Shown here: piece after piece, positions 14,705 to 28,917 of the stretch
Position numbering within the stretch: position 1 is the stretch's first letter
Layout of the letters: each line of letters opens with the position of its first letter
Assembly (NCBI GenBank): GCA_951406725.2
Contig: OX597829.1
Span: 6,262,001 to 6,326,000, forward strand
Source of the DNA: Octopus vulgaris
Lineage: Eukaryota
Direction of reading: 5' to 3'
DNA: 64,000 bases
The notes under the pieces: generated by a model
The model's input: the letters and a program-made list of their open reading frames with translations, nothing else
What the model was told of the DNA's origin: nothing
Databases searched by the model: none
Position numbers and translations under genes: made by a program

Positions 14705-14880
14705 AGGCGGTGGATTGAGAGAATCGTTTGAACGTCGGACATATACTTTCCAGTTTTTTTTTCCCGGCTTCTTGCAACCCTTACCTTCAAATTCCATCAG
14801 GTCTGACTTTGCATTTCATTTTCTTGTATCGATACAACAAAATATCAGTGAAGTAATAAGTCAGTGTAATCGAGAAACCC
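14705..14880 (+). mobile_element. Old degenerate tRNA-derived SINE (family A)
   Basis: ttcaaattcc...gactttgcatttcat...gtatcgatac resembles the core of 18345-18646. Confidence 0.5.
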
Positions 14881-16433
14881 TTCACTATTGCAGGTCTTCT
14901 GCTTTAATTAGTAATAATTATTAACACACCTTTGGAGATTAAATTTATTGGTTTTCAAAGACACTTACACACACATATTTTTACTTGCAATAAAAATATT
15001 TTGAGACACACACATACACAGACACACAATAATGTATGCATATGTAAATGTTTTACACATTTATATGCCTATCTACATACATATACGTATGTGTGTGTGT
15101 GTTACTCTGACACTCATACATACTTGCATAATTGCGTGTGCATTTTAATACGTAATTCTGGATATGAAGTTTTGAGCTTTTAGTTGTCGTTTCTCTTTAA
15201 GTGGTAGATGGTTTACAGTTACATTGGCACCGTTTTGATTTTATCTGGTAGATTTTCTAGGTAGAAACGTTATGCATTGAGTTTTGATGTTGTTGTTGTT
15301 GTAGCGCTTCAGAATTAAAATTGCGAAACACTTCTTAGAATAGAATGGAATGTCGGCAAAGTGACTCATCAAAGGAAGTTGGCGGTGGTCTGATAGGAAC
15401 AACTGAATGATCCAAATAGGTCTAGGATTAACAGATCCACTGAATTCTACAGAGTAGATACGGTAGTTATAAATGTTTGAGAACACGGTATGACGTTAGA
15501 TTAGGCGGCTTTAGATTCTCTGTAAGAGAAGGTCTGACAATCAGGCGGCTGGCTTTGAACGTCTATAAGTCTATTTAAGACGAGAAAGATTTGGCGCTTT
15601 AGTTAAACGGATTTTAGATATTTCTCTCCGATTTTTTTCCCTATTTTATGTACTTCCAAAAATAGGATTTTTGGACAGAAACTCGAAAAATGGATTGTAA
15701 TTTGCAGATTATTAGCATAAAAAGAAATCAAATATTGCATGTAAGTTTAATTTTTATTCTTTATAAAGTTGTCATGGGTTTCAGTTCAGTCAAGTAGTGA
15801 ACTACCAGACTGCACTTGGTAATAAATTTTTAGCAAGTGAACGTTTTTTTTATTTTTAAATGTGCCACTAAGATTTTAAAAAAAGAGGTAAAGAATGTAT
15901 AATTTCTAGTCATCGCTGTGTAACATATCAGTTTACGTTTATTATGTAATCATTTTATAAATATTCACTTTTTCATTATTTTGCTCATTCAGTTGTCACT
16001 TATCTATTTATTTCTTTATTGACTATAGAACTTTAATAGTTTCTTCTAGTCGCTTCTCTATCTTTAGTATTTAATATCCCCTCTATTTAGTTTCGTATCT
16101 TATCCATTTTTCATTTCTTCCTTACATTTTGATTTTTCTTTTTGCTAAATTCTGCTATCACTTTGATGAAACTGTATATTTTATTTCCTGTACATCAATA
16201 TTTTTATTTATTCTGACACATTTTCATTCATATTTATTAGTTGATCACTATACCTGTTTGTTGTATTTGCCTGTTTCTATATTTATCGTTTTTGTCATCC
16301 ATCTTTCTCTATTTTCCTTTTCAACCATACTTTATTAATCTATTCCTCAGAACACTTCCACCCCACTTCTCTGAATGTACATATATACACATACGAATAC
16401 ATAAGGTCACACTAACGTACACACGCATGTATA

Positions 16434-16501
<68 letters not shown>

Positions 16502-16714
16502 TGTATATTTGCTTATATGTATATATTCATATTTTTCTCTGTGTGTGTGTGTATTATATATATGTGTACATGTACATTTTTCGAGGAGGCTTACTCTTTC
16601 CGTCATTGTCAAGAATTTCCCACTATGTGTGATTCTTTAGGTACGAAGTGAGTCTTCAGCATCAAACAAATAAACCAGTTCCATAGCTTATTTAATATTT
16701 TAGCAGTAGCTTTC

Positions 16715-16796
<82 letters not shown>

Positions 16797-16872
16797 ATGT
16801 TCTGCATGTGTGTGTGCTGCTAAAGTATTAAATACGTTGCAGAGCTGATATATTTGTTTATATGTGCGCTTG

Positions 16873-16905
<33 letters not shown>

Positions 16906-16936
16906 AAGGTGGGTTATTTGCAATTTACGAAAAGCA

Positions 16937-17031
<95 letters not shown>

Positions 17032-17062
17032 TATATACATACATATATATATATATATATAA

Positions 17063-17496
17063 TAATATTAGGGAGTAAATTTAAACTTACAGGGAAAAAT
17101 TAGATTTAGGATTAAATCTAATTTTATAGTATAAATATATATATTATATTAAATTAGAGATAAAACCACTATTAGGCAAATCAAACAGTGAAAATCATAA
17201 ACCAATACCTAGAAATAAAATTAATTAATAAAATAAAATATATAAAATATAAAATATAAAATTCCAAATTAAAATATTTAAATTAAAGTTAACATTTAAA
17301 AAAATATTTAAATTAATAATTTAAACTTATAAATTTTAAATATATATATATATATTTTATTATTATTTTATTTAGTTATTTATTTATTTATTTATCTTTT
17401 AAAAAAATTATATAACTATCAAATAGTATTAAAACTTTTTATACTTTTTGATAGTTATATAATTAAAAAATAAATAGATAAATAAATAAAATAATG

Positions 17497-17500
<4 letters not shown>
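17063..17500. repeat. AT-rich segment ending in a hairpin
   Basis: aattatataactatcaaatagtat (17406-17429) pairs with atactttttgatagttatataatt (17441-17464) with 1 mismatch; flanked by (TA)n. Confidence 0.5.
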
Positions 17501-17537
<37 letters not shown>

Positions 17538-18344
17538 GTGTAACCTTATATTTATATTTATGTGTGTATGTGGAAATCATTCCATATTCATTGGCTCTTA
17601 AAATTATTATTCCATCTCCCTGTCTTTTCCTTTTTAGAAATTTATGATTCTATACTGATAACGTGGTGGAAAACATAGAGCCAGGAAATGAAGAGATAGT
17701 GGGGGGAAATACTGTCGAAAAACGGAAGCAATTTGAAACTATGAATTCTTGTAATGTATTCTCCGAAATATTAGGTAATTGAGCCTATTAAAAAAAAAAA
17801 TGAACATGTTTTCGGGATTCGTCCCAATCACAGAAATTATAATAGCAGCTTACCAACCAGAAAGATTTGAGGTTGATATTACATATGAAGGCATATTATA
17901 CGAAATACACTTGCATCAATGATGAAAGCACTTGTCTTCGAGTTTTTTTTCCTTTAAAGCCTTACAACAGTTTTTTTTAACATTCTCCATTTTTAAGTAC
18001 AAAACATTAAATTCATTGGAAGATACGGATGATCATGAGATCAATGTGAAAGAGGAGTCGTTTAAAGTCAGAAAAATGTGTTGGAAAAAGCTTAAAACTA
18101 ATTATTTCCTTGCAAACATAGAATAGTATTGAAGTTGAGGAAACGTTATAGTACCATGCGATATTCACCGATGTGTTTTGAGTAGAATAAATAACTGTTA
18201 GGAATGGTTTCCTTTCAATCTTCTACTCGCACTCTATACAAATTCATGACAAACAATGGAATCATTATTTAAGAATATTATCACATACTTATAGTGGACG
18301 AATCTTAGTGTGTACAACATTGAAGCATTTCTCTCATCAGTGAA

Positions 18345-18646
18345 GGCAGAGAGCTGGCAGAAACGTTAGCACACCGGGCGAAATGCTTAGAAGTATTTCG
18401 TCCGCCGTTACGTTCTGAGTTCAAATTCCGACGAGGTCGACTTTGCCTTTCATCCTTTCGGGGTCGATAAATTAAGTACCAGTTATGCACTGGGGTCAAT
18501 GTAATCGACTTAATCCGTTTGTCTGACCTTGTTTGTCCTCTCTGTTTGACCTTGTCTGACCTTGTTTGTCCTTGTGGGTAGTAAAGAAATAGGTATTTCG
18601 TCTCCCCTCTGTGTATAGCCCCTTGTGGGTAGTAAAGAAATAAGTA
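18345..18646 (+). mobile_element. tRNA-derived SINE family A with 11-bp TSD
   Basis: Head ggcagagagctggcagaaacgttagc, B-box gagttcaaattcc, central gcctttcatcctttcggggtcgataaattaagtacc (resembles the Meta-SINE central domain). TSD tcatcagtgaa at 18334-18344 and 18647-18657. Confidence 0.92.
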
Positions 18647-19887
18647 TCATCAGTGAAAGGGATGGGAATTGGTTTCATCCAGCGGTAGAAAACACATTTG
18701 AAACTCAATTTATTGTTATAATCTTTGAATGAATTGAAACCAGCTTGAATATATTCATATGTAAGACTAGCAATTATTTTATAGAATTTGACAAGATGAA
18801 AAAAGAAAAGATCCTAGCACAGTTTAAATCCTAAACTTAAAGGGAATGTAGGTTGAGATTTTTCATGTCGGCCATCCATATTGCCCACTACACATCTACT
18901 AATGCATAGAATATACATATCCATTCTTCTTTGTCACAGTTTTCGGGTAATATATTAAAATAAATATTTATACTAAAAATTTTACTAAGTAACTTATATT
19001 TTCTGGGCGTTTAATCTTCTTTCTACATGAAAGCTATATGAAAAGTAATGGCGATAAACTTGAAATTGTGTGCCTAAAAAGATTAGAGTGTGAATCCTAG
19101 ATTAAACAAATGAGCAAGGAGTCAGAGATATTTTTGGCACTGCAAATAAAATATTATGAATCGCTACATCATTAACGGATAATACATAGCTTCGGCACTC
19201 TGGTAACCAACTATCTGCCAGATCGGATCCAGTGCACGAGTTTTGTTTCCTTTTTACATTGTTTATCGATCTGCGTAAACAGAGCAATGTATGGATGCGA
19301 TATATAAATGTGAGTTACATATGCATTCACAGTGAAATCTGGTTATCAGTTCACATTTTATTACATACACACACTGAGAAACGCACGCGCGCACAAACAC
19401 ACACTCACAACGCACACACAAGAGTTCGTTATTTTGTGGTAATCGCTAACATATATATAAGTATGAAACACTTTTGCATGCTGCCTGGACGATTGTACAT
19501 GAATATATTCATATTCGCTACTATAAGTGCGGTTGTATTCACACTTTTCTATGCTCGTTCATGCAGGAAATAAAAATAAGAGAAATAAAGGTAAAAATAA
19601 GCATTCTATGTGCTGCCTATACGTAAGACAGCCAGAGTTTGGTGGAAATAGCAAGTGGAGGATAAGCGGTCGTTCAAATGTAAGATAGATATTTCTTATA
19701 GTTCTTGGAGTGTGATGTCCCATGTTGCGCGATTATTCCGGGAAGAGACGTGCGGCTAATGAAGTAGCTATCTGCATTGTATTCCTTGGTCACGGCTGGG
19801 GCTGGAGTACTGAGAAGAATGCTGCGAAGGTACTCGCGAACGCGATCACCAAAGCGATGTTCTACTTCATTAATTTGTAGGGTTTCT

Positions 19888-20098
19888 TATTTCTTTATTG
19901 CCCACAAGGGGCTAAACATAGAGGGAGCAAACAAAGGAATTGAGTCGATTACATCGACCCCAGTGCGTAACTTATCGACCCCGAAAGGATGAAAGGCAAA
20001 GTCGACCTCGGCGGAATTTGAACTCAGAACGTAGCGGCAGACGAAATACGGCTAGGCATTTCGCCCGCCGTGCGTACGTTTCTGCCAGCTCGCCGCTA
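19888..20098 (-). mobile_element. SINE family A with 16-bp TSD
   Basis: Reverse complement of the 18345 element. TSD aatttgtagggtttct at 19872-19887 and 20099-20114. Confidence 0.92.
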
Positions 20099-20934
20099 AA
20101 TTTGTAGGGTTTCTCTAAGTTCACGTGTGACAGAGTATCTTATGCAGCTGCTATATATGACTGGTGTGGGTACGATATGAGACAAAAGCAATGTGCGGTA
20201 AGCACTTTTCAAAATACCAAGATATATATGTTTAAGTAGCTACTAACTAAAAGTTTATTGAATTTTTTAATATCCTTTGAAGAAGAAAAGTGATAATAGA
20301 GGAAACTTTGGAATACCAATGTGCTCAGATAGCAGATAATCGAAGTTGTACGTATTGCATGTGTCAATGCAACGGTGATGGATAGTAAATAAAGGACTGT
20401 GAAATCTCATTGGCCGGAATGTCTAGTGATAGCAGTGATGGACTGACTTGGCTCCACATCTAATCGAGGGTAACTTAGATTAAAAATGTGTTTTAGATTT
20501 ATTATTATTTTATTTTAGGGTTGAAGTACGAATCGGTGCTACATAACATGCAAATTTACTTGGAGGAATTGAGGAAAGGATATAATGAATTTAGTTTGTC
20601 TCTGGTGGAAAGAGAAATAGAGAGATCAAAGTGAAGCTCAGTGAGATTTTCAGGAATGCAGGAGGATGGAGAAAACAAGAACACTGGCTGAGATATTAAC
20701 GAAAAAAATTGTTCTCCATCGCTTACGACGACTAGGGTTCCATTTGATTCGATCAAAGGAACGGCCTGCTCGTGAAATTAACATGCAAGTTGCTGAGCAC
20801 TCCACAGACACGCATACTCGTAACGAAGTTTTCAATGAGATTCAGTGTGACATAGAACGGAACAATGTCGAACCTTTGAAATACAGGTACAGCTCATTTT
20901 TTGCCAGCTGAAGGAACTGGTGTAACGTAAAATA

Positions 20935-21030
20935 GAGTGTCTGGCAGAAGGACACAACACGCCACCAGGAATCAACTCATGACCGTTGGATCGTCAGCCG
21001 ATTACCCTTATCACTAAGCTACGCGTATTC
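20935..21030 (-). mobile_element. Degenerate tRNA-derived SINE head
   Basis: Minus: gcgtagcttagtgataagggt...gagttgattccc...gttgtgtcctt (A/B boxes plus a CORE-like start). Confidence 0.5.
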
Positions 21031-21629
21031 ACGGCTGAGGTATTAGATGATAGAAATAGAAATGAATACTGTGGTTATGTGAAACAAGTCAGAGATGAAC
21101 CTATCGTGTTCTTCCATAATGAGCATGGCGGCAATCGTACAAAACTTGGGTTTGCTACAATGGAATATTCGTGCCTTGATGTATGAAACAAACAAAATTA
21201 AAATATTAACCTATCACAGCAAAGCTTTTAGAAAGCTGTAGACATTTATGTAAAACTCTTTTTCAGGGAGGGAAGAAAAGCAATTGAAAAAGAGAGTCCT
21301 GCTACGTAGAAGTATATGGTAGTATAGGGTAAAAACCGTGGGTAGTCATCTCTTTTTTTGCTTCCCAATCTAACCATTATTTTAATTTTTTCCCCTGCCT
21401 CCAACCACGAACTTTCACAAATCAAAATTTATTCCTTATTTTCCATCACAACTTTGCTTCAACACTTATATCAACTAAGGTTTTACTATTCCTCCGCTTT
21501 TCCAAAGTGTCTACTTTCAGAGGACAGACTTTTTGCGAATCATTGGCACATGTTCATTCGACGATTTGCGAATATAGAAGATATATACTTATCCTTAAGT
21601 ACAAATTTTCTGTATAGGTGTTTCTATGG

Positions 21630-21630
21630 G

Positions 21631-21666
<36 letters not shown>

Positions 21667-22070
21667 ATCATGCACACACACACATACTCAGGCACGCACA
21701 CACACACTCATGCACGCACACACGCACGTATACACACGCATACGTGCATGCACACATGCATCTACGCACGTATACACACGCATACATGCATGTATACATG
21801 CATCATCCATACATACATACGTACATACATGCATACATACATACATACATGCATGCATGCATGCATAAATTGATGCATACATACATACATGCATACATAT
21901 GCACATACATACATACATACACACATGCATACATACACAATACACACATACATACATACACACATACATACAAATATACATACACACATACACACATACA
22001 TACACACATACATACATACATACGTACATACATACATACATACCTAAATACATGCATGCATGCATGCATA
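21630..22070. repeat. (CA)n/(TACA)n array
   Basis: Directly visible. Confidence 0.95.
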
Positions 22071-22074
22071 TCAC

Positions 22075-22625
22075 CCACATCATAAGCAGTTGTCCGAAAA
22101 TGTCATCAGGGTATTATCTACATGATATCGTAGCTAGGATACTCTATAATGAAATCCGTCTGAAGGATAATCCCAAAGACAAAGAAATAAGAAACCACAG
22201 TATGGTAGAAGCCATAACCACTCAAAATAAAAAGGAATACTGATGGAATGTCCAAATGAAGCCCTCAATAAAATGTTAGCACAACGGAGCTGGGATAGAG
22301 AAGAGAAACTGTGCACAGTTGTGGAAATTAGCTGTCCAGTGAATGATAACGTAAAGCTGAAGATTAGTGAAAAAGAGAACACCTATGCTGAAGTATTGAG
22401 AAATCTGCAGTTACTCTATCCAGATTACAAGTTCAGGTTTATACGTGTAATTATTGAGACCCTGAAATATGTAGCACACTGCCGAAATACCAATCTTGAG
22501 AAATGAGGCTTCTCAAAACCGGAAAGGAGAAAGCTAATTCGAAGAGTGCAGATCAAATCTATCACTGGAATTGTAGAAATCTATAAAACTTCCGAGAAAT
22601 TCATCATTTAAATATATGAGCATGT
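22075..22625 (+). mobile_element. RLE-type LINE 3' end, second family (TACA-associated)
   Basis: HIISSCPKMSSGYYLHDIVA...CTVVEISCPVNDNVKLKISEKENTYAEVLRNLQLLYPDYKFRFIRVII. Confidence 0.85.
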
Positions 22626-22639
22626 CTAGATATACATAA

Positions 22640-23032
22640 TTCTTTTATTCTTTTATTTGTTTCAGTCATTTGACTGCGGTCACGCTAGAGCACCGCCTTT
22701 AGTCGAGCAAATCGACCCCTGGACTTATTTTTTGTAAGCCTAGTACTTATTCTATCGGTCTCTTTTTGCCGAACCGTGAACACACCAACATCGGTTGTCA
22801 AGCGATGGTGTGGGACAAACACAGACACGCACACACACGCACACACACACACACATACACAAACACACACACACACAAACACACACACGTTTCTGCCTAC
22901 TAAATGCACTCTCAAGGTTCTGGTCGACCTGAGGCTATAGTAGAAGACAGTTGCCCAAGTTGCCACGCAGTGGGACTGAACCCGGAACCATGTGGCTGGT
23001 AAGCAAGCTACGTACCACACAGCCACTCCTGC
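22640..23032 (-). mobile_element. tRNA-derived CORE-like SINE family B
   Basis: Minus: gcaggagtggctgtgtggta...ccgggttcagtccc...ttgggcaactgtctt...ggcggtgctctagc...gactgaaac. Confidence 0.9.
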
Positions 23033-23199
23033 GTAAATATACATAGAAAAAGCAAAACATACAAATCTGCACATATACATGCATACAATCAAAAATACAC
23101 TGTTGCTGAAGTGGAAATTCCATTGAAGAAGCCTTGGATCTAGTTTAGAAATTGATTCTTTCTTTATTGGCAAGAAACCTGGAAATAAAACTGAGCAAT

Positions 23200-23675
23200 G
23201 ACATACATACATACATACATACATACATACATACATACATACATACATACATACATACATACATACATACATACATACATACATACATACATACATACAT
23301 ACACACATACACACATACATATATACATACATACATACATACATACATACATACATACATACATACATACATACATACATACACACATACATACATACAT
23401 ACATACATACATACATAAATACATACATACAAACATAATACATACATACATACATACATACATACATACATACATACATACATACATACATACATACATA
23501 CATGCATGCATACATACATACATACATACATACATACATACATACATACATACATACATACATACATGCATGCATGCATGCATACATACATACATACATA
23601 CATACATACATACATACATACATACATACATACATACATACATACATACATACATACATACATACATACATACAT
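23200..23675. repeat. (TACA)n array at the 3' tail of the adjacent RTE
   Basis: Directly visible. Confidence 0.97.
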
Positions 23676-25080
23676 TATTATTATGGCTGCCCCCTCTTTA
23701 TCGAGTATAGCCATTGCACGAAGCTTAACTGTTACTGGTGCTGTGATCGAATGTGACTTTTTAGCCCAGCTAAAGATCTACAATGTCTTGTACAAAATTG
23801 GCAACTAAGACCTTTACTAGTAATAGCCGGCTGAAGTTGTAACTGGGCTTCATGTACCTTTGCATGTCGAATTACACTCTCTTGTCGAATTACACTCTCT
23901 TGTCGAATTACACTCTCTTCCGCATGCCCGACAGATATGATTAGTATGGTGTGTTACACCACCACCAGTGGCCAGGTTGTCACTCATCTGTCTCGTTTTA
24001 TGACTACGAAGATGACTCATGAGTCCAGCTTTACTGAGGCAGGGTCTTGCATAGACATTGCATGTCAGATTCAAAGGAAGACCCTTCCCTTCTGGAAGTG
24101 TAACAGCGATGCCCTTCCTGATATCCCTCCTTACCTTCTCATGTGCAACTCGAGATTTCTCAAACGTGGCTGTCCCCTCATGCATAATCCTTCTCCACCT
24201 GCTACGATCAATAGCTATGCCTTCCCATGTGTCAGGAGAGATGCAAGCATCTCTTAAGGAAGCCTTCAGCAAATCCTTATACCTCTTATTTGGTTTATGT
24301 GGAGGTCGTTCTCCTTTAGCTAACGCTCCATAAAGAGTTGTTTTGGCATCCTTGAATCCTTCATTCTGACCAGATGACCACTCCATCTGCGCCTTTGCTT
24401 TAACATAAGAGCTTCTATACTTTCACACCGAGAGCTGTCGAGTATTTCAAGATCACTGATTCGGTCCTTCCACTTAATGCTATAGATCAGTCTGAGGCAC
24501 ATCTGATGGAAACGTTCCAGATGTTTAAGGTGGTATCGATATGTGACCCACGTCTCGCAAGCATAGAGAAGAGAAGGAAGCACACATGCCTTGTACACCT
24601 TTATCTTTGTATTTCTGCATATGTCTCGCTGACTCCAGAGGAGCTTTTCTAGACTTCCGAAAGCATCACTTGCTTTCCTAATTCTATATGGAACTTCATC
24701 ATCCACATTGCCATATCTATTAATAGTGCTTCTCAGGTAGACAAACTGAACGACTTCATCCGAGTCGTTTAACATTCACATAGATATTTGGTACACTATA
24801 CTGCTTACCAGGGGCAGGTTGATGCATAACAACAGTTTTCTTGAGATTGACTGTCAATCCTAAGGCAGTGCAAGCATCAGAGAATGCATTCAAAATGTGT
24901 TGCATATCAATCTCTGTGTGTGCTACTTGATCACAATCATCTGCATACAAAAGGTCTCTTATGATAGAGGAAAATACCTTTGCTTTTGCAGCGAGGCACC
25001 TGATTTCAAATATGCTGCCAGAGGTTCGATAATGGACGTAATCACCGTATCTGCAGTTTCTGAATGCAATACAGAACACC
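23676..25080 (-). mobile_element. RTE-clade LINE, 5'-truncated (RT C-half, C-terminal Cys/His fingers, 3'UTR)
   Basis: DLLYADDC, GLTVNLKKT, FVYLRS, KIKVYKACVLPSLLYACETW, RWSGHLVRM..SRMPKQL, C..CARPCLSKAGLMSHLRSH-like finger; frameshifts. Confidence 0.93.
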
Positions 25081-25081
25081 A

Positions 25082-26041
25082 TCATACGTACATGCATACA
25101 TACATACATACATACATCCATCCATTCATACATACATACATACATACATACATACATACATACATACATACATACATACATACATACATACATACATACA
25201 TACATACAGATACATACATACATACATACATACATACATACATACATACATACATACATACGTACATACATACGTACATACATACATACATACGCACATA
25301 CATACATACATACATACATACATAAATACATACATACATACATTCATACATACATACATACATACATACATACATACATACATACAGACATACGTACATA
25401 CATACATTCATACATACATACATACATACATACATACATACATACATACATACATACATAAATACATAAATACATACATACATAAACGGCGGTGAATCAG
25501 CATGGCCGCAACTCTGAGCTGAAACTAGAAAAAAAATACATAGATACATTCATACATACATATACACACGCATACATACATACATACATACATACATAGA
25601 TACATACGTACGTACGTACATACGTACATACATACATACGTAATACATACGTACATACATACATACGTACAACATACATACATACATACATACATACATA
25701 CATGCATACATACATACCTACATATTCATACATACATACATACGTACATACATATATACATACGTACATACATACGTAATACATACATAGATAAATACAT
25801 ACATACATTCATACATACATACGTACGTACGTACGTACATGCATAGATACATACATACATACGTACATACGTACATACATACATACGTAATACATAGTAC
25901 ATACATACATACATACATAAATACATACATACATACGTACATGCATACATACATACATGCATACATGCATACATACATACGTACATACATAAATACAAGC
26001 GTACATACATACATGCATACGTACATACATACATGCATACA

Positions 26042-26073
<32 letters not shown>

Positions 26074-26085
26074 CATACATACATT

Positions 26086-26117
<32 letters not shown>

Positions 26118-26230
26118 CATACATACATACATACATACATACATACATACATACATACATACATACATACATACATACATACATACATACAGACACACAT
26201 ACATACATACAAACATATATACATACATAC
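25082..26230. repeat. Long degenerate (TACA)n array
   Basis: Directly visible; contains an isolated LINE-type 3' tail at 25488-25527. Confidence 0.97.
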
Positions 26231-26231
26231 A

Positions 26232-26520
26232 GGTAGTTGTCCTATTGATGTGAATATCTCTTAAAAGAGTAAATGGTAACTATGGACAACAGCTTTGAGA
26301 CCGTCAGGATCTGTATGCAGATTACGAACTTATATTTATACCAGTAATAACTGGTGCACTTGGTCTTGTAAGTAAATTCCTATTTGTCAGTCTGGATAAG
26401 CTTGGATTTTCAGAAAAAGATATCAAACCAATGACTCGCACATTACAAATACGATGTGTAAGCGGAACAGTAAAACTATGCAAGATTTTTCTCGGGTTTA
26501 AAATGTGACATTGTTTTTAT
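26232..26520 (+). mobile_element. RLE-type LINE extreme 3' end (TACA-associated)
   Basis: SCPIDVNIS...LYADYELIFIPVITGALGLV...LQIRCVSGTVKLCKIFLGFKM*. Confidence 0.8.
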
Positions 26521-27092
26521 CTACATTCCAATGATGTAGCTTTGTATCTTTATTACAAAACCAGCTCCTTCAAAGGGAGAATTTAAATTATTAAAACTAT
26601 AGCGTAGAATACAGACACGCCAGCATAGGAGCCTATTTATCACCCTGAATAATACCTTATGATTTTTGCCATTAATGCAATAAAAGAAATAGTTATTTTC
26701 TTGGGGTAAATGCACAGAAACAGTGAAATGCATAGCACGTAGAAAAGTGTTATACATAAACCATGGCGATGAAAGAACACGGCGTCAGCTATTATAGATG
26801 GTGAAACTATCGAGAAAAATTCTAGTGGACTCTGAACTTAAGCAAGACCTTTACCAGCACAACAGGAAGGCTAGGGAAAATCCCACAATACGCTCAACCA
26901 ACGCTCCAACTCAACCACACATTTATAAATACCGAGAACTCTCTTAATTCAAACAGACGGCGAATGGTTTGAAGTCTCTTGAGATGAACTTAGATAAAGC
27001 ACACACACACACACACACCGATACACACCGACACACACACATACACACACACGCACACACACACACACACACACACTCTCACAAGCCTATAT

Positions 27093-27217
27093 TATTTTCT
27101 ACTCTAGGCACAAGGCCCGAAATTTTGGGGGAAGAGGCCAGTCGATTAGATCGACTGGTACTTAATTTATCGACCCCGAAAGAATGTAAAGCAAAGTCGA
27201 TATCGGCGAAATTTACA
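27093..27217 (-). mobile_element. 5'-truncated SINE family A variant with 13-bp TSD
   Basis: ggtacttaatttatcgaccccgaaagaatgtaaagcaaagtcga. TSD cacaagcctatat at 27080-27092 and 27218-27230. Confidence 0.85.
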
Positions 27218-27953
27218 CACAAGCCTATATGGATTGCATTATGTGTGTATATTATAGAAAGAAAAATTCATTAAGAGAAAACGATAGATAGCGAACACTG
27301 AAATATATGCATAAATGAAAGAGGGGTATATATTTTCGTAATACAGTGTAGTGTATGCTTTCATAGCTAACTAGCTCTGCTGTTCACGTGTATCTGTTTC
27401 ACACGGAATCTCAGCACATAATAAGTTTGATTTAACTATTTACTAGATAAATATCGAAAAGCTGTTTTCCGAAAGTTCAACTTTGGGTCACTAGTCTTTA
27501 GAAGAGAATCATGATAAATGTCATAAAGAAAATCAATTTGTACGTATGTCTGTCTTTCCATACCAAACATACCTGGAGCCGAATAGTAAAAGTCAGATTG
27601 ATATAACATTAGAGACGAATTAAAAAGATATATAATCACTTACACCTGTCCAACAAAAGTTAAGATAAAATGGTAGATGTGGAACTCGTGTACGTATATG
27701 TATGTATCTATATGTGAATATACATGCACACACACACACACACATACATATGTATATTTATGCATATAGATATAACTCTCTTCTCTCCCACTTTCCCCCT
27801 CACTCTCTCTCCCTATATATATATGTATATATATGTATATATATATGTGTGTGTGTATAGTCGATTCAACGAACAATATATGTATGTATACACACATATG
27901 TACATACACCATACACACACATACATACATATATATATGCTTGTGTGTGTGTG

Positions 27954-28048
<95 letters not shown>

Positions 28049-28157
28049 TCCATTTAGGTATTTGTTTGTCACCCTATCTATAAGTCTTACTTCTGAACAT
28101 CCTATATGCATATATACATATCAGCAGACATGCATATAGTAATATGTATGTATATAT

Positions 28158-28310
28158 AGGCGCAGGGGTAGCTGCGTGGTAAGAAGCTTGCTTCCCAACC
28201 CCGTAGTTCCGGATTCAGTCCCACTGTGTGGAACTTTGGTCTGGTGTCTTCTCCTACAGCTTCAGGCCAACCAAAGCCGTCTATGTGTATTTGGTGGACA
28301 AGAACTGCGC
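28158..28310 (+). mobile_element. SINE family B, 5' part
   Basis: ggcgcaggggtagctgcgtggtaag...ggattcagtccc. Confidence 0.8.
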
Positions 28311-28436
28311 ATATATATAACAGTAATATATAATAATAATAATAGTATTATGTAGTTGCCATTTGGAACCATATTTTTATTTCTTCCGTGTTTTTCATTC
28401 TAATTTTTGAACTGTCCGTTTTATTTTCTTTTGTTC

Positions 28437-28515
28437 AGTCTTCTACTATAGCCTCAAGCCGACAAAAGCCTTGTCAGTGGATTTGGTAGAAGGAAACTGA
28501 AAGAAGCCCGTCGTA

Positions 28516-28598
<83 letters not shown>

Positions 28599-28813
28599 AT
28601 ATGTTTGTGTGTTTGTATTTGTCCCCCAACATCGCTTGACAACCGATGCTGGTGTGTATACGTCCCCGTAACTTAGCTGATCAGCAAAAGAAACCGATAG
28701 AACAAGTACTAAGCTTACAAAGAATAAGTCCTGGGGTCGATTTGTTAGACTAAAAGGTGTTGCTCCAGCATGGCCACTGTCAAATGACTGAAACAAGTAA
28801 TAGAGTAAAAGAG
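28437..28813 (+). mobile_element. SINE family B, headless copy with internal (TA)n
   Basis: Body matches 32938-33355; tail gactgaaacaagtaatagagtaaaagag. Confidence 0.88.
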
Positions 28814-28917
28814 TATACAATAACAAAGGATAAAGTTGTTTGAAAGAGTTTCAGTGGACAGCATATAAAAAAATACCGATTGTCTACATTATTAAGAGCA
28901 TAGAAACGAATTTTCTA

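Noticed and set aside
15480-15745. TGACGT, TATA-like motif and a GTAAGT donor as a promoter/first exon
   Set aside because: Too few short motifs to exceed chance in AT-rich DNA.
17639-17960. Candidate exon after a good acceptor (tttttag)
   Set aside because: All three frames stop shortly after the acceptor, and there is no recognisable homology.
20520-20911. 81-aa ORF with possible splice sites
   Set aside because: No recognisable domain and interrupted by stops upstream; could be a TE remnant.
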